From contig CP147778.1 of the NCBI GenBank assembly GCA_037305845.1, forward strand, positions 1-64,000: a DNA stretch of 64,000 nt, given 5' to 3'. Shown here in pieces: positions 49,671-58,667 of this stretch. This DNA is from Candidatus Freyarchaeum deiterrae (GTDB taxonomy: Archaea; Asgardarchaeota; Jordiarchaeia; Jordiarchaeales; Jordiarchaeaceae). A program made the translations under genes and the position numbers. The stretch's first letter is position 1, and each line of letters begins with the position of its first letter. The notes beneath the pieces are model-generated. The model was not told the DNA's origin. It searched no databases and saw only the letters and a program-made list of their open reading frames with translations.

Positions 49671-50939
49671 TTGAGGCTGGATGAAGTGATTCTTGATATT
49701 AAAACTCCAATATGGACTGGTGACATTGACTCAAAAAGCAATTCGCTTAAATCTACAGGGATTATGGGTTCTATTCGCTGGTGGGTTGAAGCAATCTTGA
49801 GAGGAATGTATAATTTTGCTTGCGATCCCATAGATGACAATCCCCAAAGCCTAACAAAACGTTGCCCAACAACAAAAGAAAATAATCGAGAAATTTCTCA
49901 GTATTGTTCCGCTTGCCTCATTTTCGGAGCAACGGGAATGAGAAAGCTGTTTAGATTGCATATTGAGGGAGGACATGAGATATTTAATGACAGACCAATC
50001 AAGATAATGCCAAAAGGTAGAACTGGAGGATGGTACTTGGGAAGTGGACTTGGTGGAGAAATAAACCTAGATATTATTTCCTTAGACAAGGATTTCGATA
50101 AAAGTCTAATTTCTGTTCCTCTAACTATTACAGCCAAATTGGGTGCAATAGGGGCGAGAACCCAAAATGGCTATGGTATAGTAGAACTCAAGGAATTTCC
50201 AGAAATAAAAATTGAGGATTTCAAAAATTCGGTGGGTAAAATTACAGATACCACAAGACTTGCTAAATTGAAGATTGATGTAAGAAAAGAAGTAAGACAA
50301 GAAAACTGTATATCTTTACCGAATATAAAAGAGATGTTTTTTGCCAAAATCCAATTTGAGGCAGATAATGATTGGTGGAAGGAAGTAGATGGAATAGAGG
50401 AAAGAGGGCAAACGGGAGATAGAGATTATTATGAAGGGTGCGCTAATGATGCAAGAATGCATAAGTGGATAGATTCTGGTTCCGTTCCTATTGTTCCGGC
50501 GATAAAGAATTGGTTAAGGTATGGTTATGGAAAAAGCCTCTGGCAAACGGGAGATCGAAATAAAGACAGAATAATAGATAAATGGCTATTTGGAACTATT
50601 AGAAATGATAAAACCGCCTCTAAAGTCATCATCTCCTGCGCGTACCTTGTGAGTAATAACATATGGGAATTTCGTATCTGGGGATGGATTCCTGAAAATA
50701 GCTTACCAGATGAATTTGATAGAGAAAATTTTTTGGACAGCTTGAATAAAAGTTTAGACGGAAAGGGTTCAGCAAAACTTCCGTGGAAAAATATTTTTGG
50801 TAACGGTACCAAAGAACATAGACTTTCAGTTTGGCGAGAATATAATTCATCGAGAGATACTGTTAAGTCAGGTGAGGAAGGTATTGATAACTATCTTGGA
50901 AGCCTTTTAAGTGGCGGGAGGAAATTCAATGAATCATAA
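49671..50939 (+). CDS. cmr1: Type III RAMP Cmr1
   Basis: TPIWTG, GIMGSIRWW.EAI.RG, C..C.IFGATG and GAIGARTQNGYG motifs. Confidence 0.9.
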   Translation: MRLDEVILDIKTPIWTGDIDSKSNSLKSTGIMGSIRWWVEAILRGMYNFACDPIDDNPQSLTKRCPTTKENNREISQYCSACLIFGATGMRKLFRLHIEGGHEIFNDRPIKIMPKGRTGGWYLGSGLGGEINLDIISLDKDFDKSLISVPLTITAKLGAIGARTQNGYGIVELKEFPEIKIEDFKNSVGKITDTTRLAKLKIDVRKEVRQENCISLPNIKEMFFAKIQFEADNDWWKEVDGIEERGQTGDRDYYEGCANDARMHKWIDSGSVPIVPAIKNWLRYGYGKSLWQTGDRNKDRIIDKWLFGTIRNDKTASKVIISCAYLVSNNIWEFRIWGWIPENSLPDEFDRENFLDSLNKSLDGKGSAKLPWKNIFGNGTKEHRLSVWREYNSSRDTVKSGEEGIDNYLGSLLSGGRKFNES

Positions 50940-52074
50940 ATACGACTTTTATGCAGCTTTTTATATCAAGGAAAAAGAGGATGTCGATAATCTAACTAAC
51001 GGTTCTGGAAGGTATGATGAACTACGTGATATTTTATCAAGAATAATGATTTTGAGTACAGCGCTAGGGGTAAAAGAAAAGTTCGATGACCGTAAGGGTA
51101 GACCAAACGAAATTAATCCTAAAGATTATGCGAGGGTAGGTGAGGGTAATCATGTCTCAGGTTTAAAGGCTCTTACCCATACTAATGGAAACTTCAATGA
51201 GTATATAGCTTGCAAATTATCTGAACTTGCTCTTTTAGGTATTAATGCACCAATTAACGTTTCTATTCTGCCAATAGGAAGTTGGGTTTTAGAGTTTCCA
51301 ATTACTCTTACTAAGCCTTTCATTTCAAAGGATGACGTTCCATTATATATCATAGATAATCCTATAAAGAAAGACAAGGTCTTTGGTGTACCCTTTACCT
51401 CAGCGATGGCATGGAAGGGGAACCTAAGATGGACTATGATGAAATTTCATTTAGAATCTCATATAAACGAGCCTAATAAATTTGCTGAAATACGCCTCAA
51501 GCATACACTTTTGTTCGGAACAGAAAAAGGAACAGAAGATGTACCAAAGGGATGGGCGAAATATCTAGATAAACTTTGTCCCAATGCAAGGGAAAACTAT
51601 CAAGATAAACTCAAGAAAAAATTTGGAAGGGACGATATACCCAATCTTGCAGGAATGCTTCACTTTTATCCTACTTTTTGGGACAGAATTGATATGGAAG
51701 TTATTAATCCACATGATAGAAAAACCAAAACTGGCAAGAACCCTATATACTTTGAAGCCGTGCCAGAGGGTTCAAAAGGCCTCTTTAGGCTTCTCTATAT
51801 TCCTTTACACTGGACTAATCTGCGAGATGACGAGTTTAAGAAAATGATTTTACAGGATTTAAGAGATGTCGTAGCTGGGCTTAAAGAGATGTTACTTTTC
51901 TATGGCTTTTCAGCAAAGAAGTCCATAGGATATGGAGTAATTGAAGACAGCTTTGACAAAGAGGTAAGTACGCTTGCGTTGAAGGATTTTATCAGAGGTA
52001 CTGAAAAATTTGGGAACCTTGAAGAATTGGAGAACAAAATTGAGAGCTTCGTTAGAGGAAGAGACTATGAGTGA
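50911..52074 (+). CDS. cmr6: Type III RAMP Cmr6
   Basis: L.KPFISKDD, WKGNLR, EVINPHDR, PIYFE.VP and GFSAKKSIGYG motifs. Confidence 0.85.
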   Translation: MAGGNSMNHKYDFYAAFYIKEKEDVDNLTNGSGRYDELRDILSRIMILSTALGVKEKFDDRKGRPNEINPKDYARVGEGNHVSGLKALTHTNGNFNEYIACKLSELALLGINAPINVSILPIGSWVLEFPITLTKPFISKDDVPLYIIDNPIKKDKVFGVPFTSAMAWKGNLRWTMMKFHLESHINEPNKFAEIRLKHTLLFGTEKGTEDVPKGWAKYLDKLCPNARENYQDKLKKKFGRDDIPNLAGMLHFYPTFWDRIDMEVINPHDRKTKTGKNPIYFEAVPEGSKGLFRLLYIPLHWTNLRDDEFKKMILQDLRDVVAGLKEMLLFYGFSAKKSIGYGVIEDSFDKEVSTLALKDFIRGTEKFGNLEELENKIESFVRGRDYE

Positions 52075-54817
52075 AGAAGAACTTCTTAAAAAGTTGGAAG
52101 ATGGCAGGCCTTTTATCTTATTAGCTGAGATTGGTGCATACTTACATGATTTAGGTAAGGTAAGAAAGGAGTTTGTTATCGAGGGCAAAAGTAAGGGTCA
52201 TAACTTTCGTTCTGTACTTCCACAAGACCTACAGGATACTCTGATTAAAATTGAGGTAGATGTTTGTGGAGAACGTACAACTCTAATGGATTTTATAGAA
52301 AAGCACCATCCAGAACAGGAAATCGGCGGAAAACAAAACGATTGTGATATTCCTCCCATTATAAGACTTTTATATGCTGGATGGAACGGCTACGATGGAA
52401 TAGATTCAGGATTAGATAAGGGAGCTACAGAAAAACAAAATGAAAATAATGTTTACATCGCTACGGCCTTTGGTTATGAGCCCGATGAAAATAAAGTGGA
52501 AGATGTTGCTGCATTAAAAAAAGAGTTATACAATATTGTGAAAGGGGCACTAAGTAGTTACGAAACTGACAATGATGTTGTAAAACTTAGGAAGGCAATT
52601 ATAAAGGACACTAAAAATTATTATCTTAAACTTTTAGGTGAGACTCGTCGTCCTGCAAATGACGTTACGCTTTGGGATCATTCATATTCTGTGGCCACTC
52701 TTTTTAAATGTGTAGTTGCAAAGAATGTCGTTGATTGTTCTAGCGCTTCGTTCGATCCTTTGGATTTTAACTGGAGAATTCTATCTATTAATATGGATAT
52801 ATTGGGTATACTCGCCAAAGGCATTAAAGTAGGTGATATGTTAGGCTATAAAGCAGAGATAGATAATGTATTGGATAGTGTCAAGATACTTATTGAAGAG
52901 ATATATCCTCTTGGGAACGAGTTATATAGGGATGCAAGTGGTATTTATTTTTTAATTCCCGACATAAATTTTAAAACAGTAATTTTAAATTGGTTAAAAG
53001 ATATTGAACCTGAACTTATGCCAGCAATTATTGTTGAAGAAATGCCCGTAACCAATTTACCATCTTCTAACTATCGATTTGATTGCCCAAATCAGCAAGG
53101 GAATATCCCTCAAAACATACAGTTTATTAGAGAGCATATAGAAAAAAATAAAAAAGAGTTTATAAAAAAACTCCTTCCTGAAGCAAGACGAGCGGCTATC
53201 CAAGAAATGTCTTATCCTACATCATCTGATAGATTTTTCTCAGATAAATTTGAAGGAGACTGGAACACTAAAGAGATTTGCTCTATTTGTATGCTTAGAC
53301 CCGTGGAGGAGAATTCAGAAGGATGCGAACATTGTCTAAAAAGAAGGAGAAGCACAGCGATAAATTGGATCAAGAATCCAGAGAGAACAATCTGGCTTGA
53401 TGAAGTTTCCGACCATAATGATAGAGCTGCACTTCTAGTAGGATGCTTTGTTATGGATGATTGGTTAGATGGGCTATTTATCAAAACAATGACTTTAAAA
53501 ACGAATCCACATACTACAAAAAACGCGTCTCCTGCTCGCATTAGGCGAGTTTGGGAAACTACTCTAAAATTTATAAAAGAATCTATTTTTGCTAATATAT
53601 TAGCAAAGTTTTCTTATTCGGAAATAATAAACGATTTAGAACTTAGAAGAAAAAGGATTAATTTTAGAATTATACCAAACCCCGATATACCCCAACTTGC
53701 AACTTTAGATTTGAATTTAAAGGGTGTCACATTTAGTCCAGTATGCGTAGATAAAAACAATGATACTTTTGTTACTACTATAAACCTCCAAATTTTAGGA
53801 AGATGGGGTAAAACACCAGAAGAGATTGCGTCTTATATGAATGATAAAAAGATAAAGATTAAAGTAGATGGATCTCGGAAGGATGCAAAAATATCAGAAT
53901 GCAAGGTTTGCGATGATAAGTTTCAGAACTATGCACCTTTTATTCAAATATATGATTCTCCCGATCAGTTTATGGCGCTTGTGCCCGCCTACCATGCGCT
54001 GGACATTGCAGAGAAAATAGTTGAAGAGTATAAGATCCAGTTCTCAAAGGTTAGAGATAGACTACCATTTCATATTGGAATAATAGCATTTCACAGAAAA
54101 ACACCTCTTTATGTGACAATGGATGCAGGAAGGAGACTTGTTGAAGCCTTTAAAAGAGAAGGTAAGACGATAAACGCAAGGATTGACTATATTCAGGATG
54201 TTATGGATCAGAGATTTGGATACAAAGTAAAAGAACTGACACTTCAAGTTGATCCTTCTTTCTCTTATGTTCCCTATAAGCGGAAGATCTCTTACTCTAC
54301 AGGAGACCCAAATCAGGAGGATGAATGGTACACCTATTTTAGGATTAAGGGTGCCAACCCTAATAGAGGAAATTACTCTTTTGATTATACTGGCAATGGT
54401 AATTATGTTGTTCATGTGAAGGGATTACTTGTTAATGATTGTGTAAACATTGAAAGCTCGCATTTCAATTTATTTTACATTGAGAATGCCGCGGATCGGT
54501 TTAAAGTTGATGAAAATTTGAGACCACTAGATGATATACACCGATTAAATGAAATATGGGAAAAAATCAAGGAAAAGATGAGTTCAAAAAAATGGAGCAT
54601 CTCCCAAGTTTTCTCATTCTGGCAAGAGGTAAAAAAACGATATGAGGAATATGGTAGTGATGCAGTTTGGGAGAGTTTCACTAAATCCGCCTTGAGAAAT
54701 ATACTAAAAATTGTTCCAGAATCAGACGAAGAAAAGGAATTACTCCAAGCAGCAAAGGATGGTATATTATACCTTTGTTTAAACTGGCATCTGCAAGTCA
54801 GAAAAATCAAACCATAA
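52010..54817 (+). CDS. cas10: Type III-C Cas10 (Csx11/MTH326-like) with HD domain, no GGDD
   Basis: LAEIGAYLHDLGK, ETRRPANDVTLWDHS, YPLGNELYRD, CSIC..CEHC, WLDEV.D.N.R and SPARIRRVWET motifs. Start probably 52067. Confidence 0.85.
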   Translation: MGTLKNWRTKLRASLEEETMSEEELLKKLEDGRPFILLAEIGAYLHDLGKVRKEFVIEGKSKGHNFRSVLPQDLQDTLIKIEVDVCGERTTLMDFIEKHHPEQEIGGKQNDCDIPPIIRLLYAGWNGYDGIDSGLDKGATEKQNENNVYIATAFGYEPDENKVEDVAALKKELYNIVKGALSSYETDNDVVKLRKAIIKDTKNYYLKLLGETRRPANDVTLWDHSYSVATLFKCVVAKNVVDCSSASFDPLDFNWRILSINMDILGILAKGIKVGDMLGYKAEIDNVLDSVKILIEEIYPLGNELYRDASGIYFLIPDINFKTVILNWLKDIEPELMPAIIVEEMPVTNLPSSNYRFDCPNQQGNIPQNIQFIREHIEKNKKEFIKKLLPEARRAAIQEMSYPTSSDRFFSDKFEGDWNTKEICSICMLRPVEENSEGCEHCLKRRRSTAINWIKNPERTIWLDEVSDHNDRAALLVGCFVMDDWLDGLFIKTMTLKTNPHTTKNASPARIRRVWETTLKFIKESIFANILAKFSYSEIINDLELRRKRINFRIIPNPDIPQLATLDLNLKGVTFSPVCVDKNNDTFVTTINLQILGRWGKTPEEIASYMNDKKIKIKVDGSRKDAKISECKVCDDKFQNYAPFIQIYDSPDQFMALVPAYHALDIAEKIVEEYKIQFSKVRDRLPFHIGIIAFHRKTPLYVTMDAGRRLVEAFKREGKTINARIDYIQDVMDQRFGYKVKELTLQVDPSFSYVPYKRKISYSTGDPNQEDEWYTYFRIKGANPNRGNYSFDYTGNGNYVVHVKGLLVNDCVNIESSHFNLFYIENAADRFKVDENLRPLDDIHRLNEIWEKIKEKMSSKKWSISQVFSFWQEVKKRYEEYGSDAVWESFTKSALRNILKIVPESDEEKELLQAAKDGILYLCLNWHLQVRKIKP

Positions 54818-55806
54818 AAGTTGGGGGTGAAAATATGAATGAAAATATGCCTAAAACAAAAACCTATTATTTGTTAACCCTTGATCCAGTCCATATTGGA
54901 ATTGGAGGGGCAAGATTAGGAAGGGTAGATTTACCTATAGTTAGAGAACCAGGAACAAATCTGCCAAAAATTCCTGGTACAAGCTTAAGCGGGCCCGCAA
55001 GAGCATATACTGCCATGGCAAGAAATAAATACAAGTGGAAAGATGAAAATGGTGAAGAGTATTACTGCGCAGGTCGTGGTGGTGAGGGAGGCGAAAACCA
55101 CTGTGGCAAAACTAATCCAGCTTGCCCTGTTTGTATTCCTTATGGTTTCTCAAAAGGCTCTGGAAACAGTATGCAGGGATTGGCTCAGCTCTTCGATGCA
55201 CTAATTCTTTTCTTTCCAGTAGCGTCAATGATCGGACCAGTGTGGGTGACCTCGCCTATGGCAATGGGAGGCCTTCTAAATGACAAATTTCAGGCACCTG
55301 AAGACGGTTTCTACCCTTTAGATGAAAATCTCAAAATCAAAAGCAGTTTAAACTTTGGATGGATTATGTTAAAAAAAGTAGAGAGGAATGTGAATAATCC
55401 TACTTTCGAGCTGGACAGCAAAATTCCTGAGATGGTTAGACAGCGTTCCGTTCTAGTTTCTGATAAACTTTTTTCATTTATTGTAAATAGCAACCTTGAG
55501 GTCAGGACTTCTGTAAGTATTGACCCAGCTACTGGAGCTGCAGAAAGCGGAGCACTTTTTACTTATGAGGCGATTCCGAGAGGCGCTATCTTGCGATTTG
55601 AAATAATTTACAGTTCAGGAAAAATTTTCAAAATTGGAGAGCAGGAACTAAAAACAGAGGAGAATGGTGATGTTGACCCTGCGTGGGTTAGAACACAAGT
55701 GGAAAAGGGATTGGCCCTTTTTGAAACATTAGGGATAGGCGGAATGAACACTCGTGGTATGGGAAGAATAAAAGTGCTTAATCTCGAAGAACAAGGAGGT
55801 GCTTAA
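54775..55806 (+). CDS. cmr4: Type III RAMP Cmr4
   Basis: DPVHIG, VDLPIVREP.TNLPKIPGTSL.G, GALFTYEAIP and GIGGMNTRGMG motifs. Start probably 54835. Confidence 0.9.
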   Translation: MFKLASASQKNQTIKVGGENMNENMPKTKTYYLLTLDPVHIGIGGARLGRVDLPIVREPGTNLPKIPGTSLSGPARAYTAMARNKYKWKDENGEEYYCAGRGGEGGENHCGKTNPACPVCIPYGFSKGSGNSMQGLAQLFDALILFFPVASMIGPVWVTSPMAMGGLLNDKFQAPEDGFYPLDENLKIKSSLNFGWIMLKKVERNVNNPTFELDSKIPEMVRQRSVLVSDKLFSFIVNSNLEVRTSVSIDPATGAAESGALFTYEAIPRGAILRFEIIYSSGKIFKIGEQELKTEENGDVDPAWVRTQVEKGLALFETLGIGGMNTRGMGRIKVLNLEEQGGA

Positions 55807-56221
55807 TATGGGAAAAAATTTGGACAAGCTTTGCGCAGACTTCGGGAATAAGTTAGCTTGTGGGGTTTTCAAAGCATTTAACAATGACGCAGATAAGGCT
55901 GAAAATTTAATTTTAAAAGCATTAGATGTGCTTCAGGAGCAGGGAATTTATGCATTTACACTCTTTTGTGAATCTAGAGGAGACTCCGAAAAGAAAGGGG
56001 CGCAAATATTGGAATCAATTGCAGAAGAACTCCTTAGAGATAAGCTCTCATTTATCGGTAATGGTGATTTGTTGGAAGAAATCAGAAAAGATGGTGGTTT
56101 AGCTTCAGACATTGAAAATATTATTTTTGCTATTCAAGTGTTGGAGAAAACTCTTGTTTATGGTCGTTATCATGCAAAGGCAATGAAAAAACCTAAAATT
56201 ATTGGAGAAAAAACGATATGA
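55799..56221 (+). CDS. cmr5: Small subunit Cmr5 (Cas11)
   Basis: Helical; AL.VLQEQGIYA and LEKTLVY.RYHAKA motifs; lies after cmr4. Confidence 0.75.
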   Translation: MLNMGKNLDKLCADFGNKLACGVFKAFNNDADKAENLILKALDVLQEQGIYAFTLFCESRGDSEKKGAQILESIAEELLRDKLSFIGNGDLLEEIRKDGGLASDIENIIFAIQVLEKTLVYGRYHAKAMKKPKIIGEKTI

Positions 56222-57114
56222 TTTGGCACTTTTATTCGTGGACATTCCAATTAAAATCACCTCTTCATATTGGCTACCATAAAATAATGCATTTATTTAG
56301 AACAAGACCTTATGTTCCTGGAAGACTCCTCTGGGGCGCTCTAACATCAAAACTAACACCCATACTTGAACTGGATAGTTACCAAAAGATAGGAAACTTT
56401 TTGAAAAAAACGATGCGATTTGGCTATCTTTATATCTATGCCGATAATCAGCTTTTCTTACCCTTTTATAGCGAAAGTGGGCTAAAGTTCGGCAATCTAT
56501 CTAAGAACGAATTTGATAAACGCTTTATTAGTTCTATAGCGTCTGCTCCTATAGATTCAGAATCATTAACTGCCGAAGAAGGTATGCTCCATGAAGTTGA
56601 ATTTATAAATCGGTATACAATCGACAGCGGAAATCCTGTTTTTTTGAAGGGAGTATTCTGGGTAAGAGAGTATCAAGATGGTAATTTGAGTATCACCAAA
56701 GAGGGCGATAGTCTGTTTGTTAGATACAACAGTACCAAGATCGATTTGGATATGCTGGCAAACAGTTTTCAAGTTGGTGGCGAAAGAAAATACGGATTTG
56801 GGTTATTAGAATTAAAGAAACCTGACGAATCTAAAGAAAAAGAATTAAAGAATTTCCCAGGGGAATGGAGCGAAAAAGCTGCAGAGCTATATTTAAAGTT
56901 GAAGAAAAACGATCCAGTTTGGTCTCATGTTTTATACACAAACAACATTGATATTAAAGGTAATATAGAACCGTTGGTAGGCAGAGATTGGGATACAAAA
57001 AAGGGCCCCGGCAAACAGTTAAATACATTCGGCCTATTTTGGTCTCCTGGTTCTATTCTTAACGAAGATAAAATTTTTAAAATCGATGAATCCGGCTTAT
57101 GGGAAGCAATATAG
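56218..57114 (+). CDS. cmr3: Cas5-group RAMP (Cmr3-like)
   Basis: LKSPLHIG, TRPYVPGR.LWGALT, AEEG.LHEVEFI and VGGERKYGFG motifs. Confidence 0.75.
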   Translation: MIWHFYSWTFQLKSPLHIGYHKIMHLFRTRPYVPGRLLWGALTSKLTPILELDSYQKIGNFLKKTMRFGYLYIYADNQLFLPFYSESGLKFGNLSKNEFDKRFISSIASAPIDSESLTAEEGMLHEVEFINRYTIDSGNPVFLKGVFWVREYQDGNLSITKEGDSLFVRYNSTKIDLDMLANSFQVGGERKYGFGLLELKKPDESKEKELKNFPGEWSEKAAELYLKLKKNDPVWSHVLYTNNIDIKGNIEPLVGRDWDTKKGPGKQLNTFGLFWSPGSILNEDKIFKIDESGLWEAI

Positions 57115-57295
57115 GTATAATCTTCTCCTTTTCGCGGATAACTACCTTAACCACGTATTGGTAAAAAGATCCGAGTTAAGCAAAAATTTGAACACATTTT
57201 CTAAATTTTATTAATGGGAACAACAATATGAAAATTCCAGAGATGCAAGTGGTATAGAATTGTGCGGCCTTCTCAGAAATTACGGCTACCAGATT

Positions 57296-57493
57296 TACAC
57301 TCAAAGCTAAAAACAAGCACTCAACACCAGACACGCACTAGCCAATATACTCAGCAGACTGCTGTACAGCAAGGGAGTGCTCGCCCTGAAGTTCAAACCA
57401 TTGGAAGGACTAAACGAAACCCTAACCAACAGAATAGAGTTCATCATAAAGTACCCCAGTGAAACCGCCTCAGGAAAAATAATAAAAGATTGA
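57296..57493 (+). pseudogene. Third, degraded copy of the 46688-47086 gene 3' end
   Basis: Nucleotide similarity (GCCAATATACTCAGCAGACTGCTGTACAGCAAGGGAGTGCTCG...) with indels. Confidence 0.7.
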
Positions 57494-57739
57494 TAATTCT
57501 CTCTACTTTTAGGTGAACACATCTCAGCCATTGGCTCTGGTAACGATATAAAACTCCTTGTGTTTTTACTCCTTTTTCCATCAGGTTAAAATGCTTAAGA
57601 ATTTTTAATATTGGATTGAGGGTGTTTGTTTGGTTTGAGTATGTTTGTTGAGAGGGGTTATAAGATTCGTAGATTCAAAACAAGGAGAAAAATGGTATTT
57701 CAAGATAGTAATTCGGTATACCTTCTTTATTTGAATTAG

Positions 57740-58648
57740 TCAAATTACTAGTTTTTTTAATTGTGCATTAATATAGGGGTGTTCAACATTGATTTTCCAC
57801 AAATTTTTCCTTACACTTGGTGCACCCGGACCCTTATATTCCTTGAAGTACACCAGCTTGGTGGCGTACAGCCTGTTCAAGGAATAATCTATTTCCTCGT
57901 ACCTTCTTGCTTTCGCTTTTTCGCTCAATTTCTTTTGTATCTTATTTCTAGTCAAATAACCCGTGCTTTCTGATCCTTTACCAAGAATTGATTCTCTACT
58001 TTCTTTTGCGTATTCCTCTATCAGTAATTCTAAAATTTCTATGTCGCAATCGTTTAGATTTGCGATTTCATCGATACCTTCAATGGGAGCTATTCTTGTT
58101 TTCTTCAAGTGTTGTCTCATAAAGGAGGAGATAGTGGGTATCTGTCTTGTTGTGAACTCTTTCACTAGTTTAGTCCAAATGTTCACGGGAAGCTTTGGCA
58201 TTTCTTCTTCCAGTAGTAGGGCGGTTTCTTTGAATTTTTCCTCGATTTTGAGTAGGCTTGAAAAATGTTTGAACCAGGTTTGAAGCCCTTTTCGGGGAAG
58301 CAATGCATCTGAATAACCTTGTGTGGCTATAATTTTTGGATTCATGGTAATCAATACCGCTCGGAAGAATTTTTGAATCGACTCTGAATCATGGTCACTG
58401 AGCTTGTTAATTAAGTGTTTGAAGTTTGTCAGTAGATGGCTAAGTCCGAATGTTAAATCCGTCACAAATGAAATATTATTTCTCAAATATTTTCTTGAGA
58501 TGCGGTACTTTCGTTCTTGAAGTTTGGGTGTTAACGCTACGGTTCCTTTCTTGGTAAAAGCTATCATGTCGCTTTTTTCGCGTCCGAAAATTCTGATGAA
58601 ACACCAAAGGAGGGGAGCAGTGACACTGTCAAAGGTATTTTTCTCCAC
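57740..58648 (-). CDS. Hypothetical protein with probable C-terminal winged helix, downstream of cas3
   Basis: 302-aa ORF starting 20 nt after the cas3 stop; C-terminal LT...I.KKL....EEI..SL.RL....LV...W.IN pattern. Confidence 0.5.
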   Translation of the reverse strand: MEKNTFDSVTAPLLWCFIRIFGREKSDMIAFTKKGTVALTPKLQERKYRISRKYLRNNISFVTDLTFGLSHLLTNFKHLINKLSDHDSESIQKFFRAVLITMNPKIIATQGYSDALLPRKGLQTWFKHFSSLLKIEEKFKETALLLEEEMPKLPVNIWTKLVKEFTTRQIPTISSFMRQHLKKTRIAPIEGIDEIANLNDCDIEILELLIEEYAKESRESILGKGSESTGYLTRNKIQKKLSEKAKARRYEEIDYSLNRLYATKLVYFKEYKGPGAPSVRKNLWKINVEHPYINAQLKKLVI

Positions 58649-58667
58649 AAAAATTTACATATTGACA

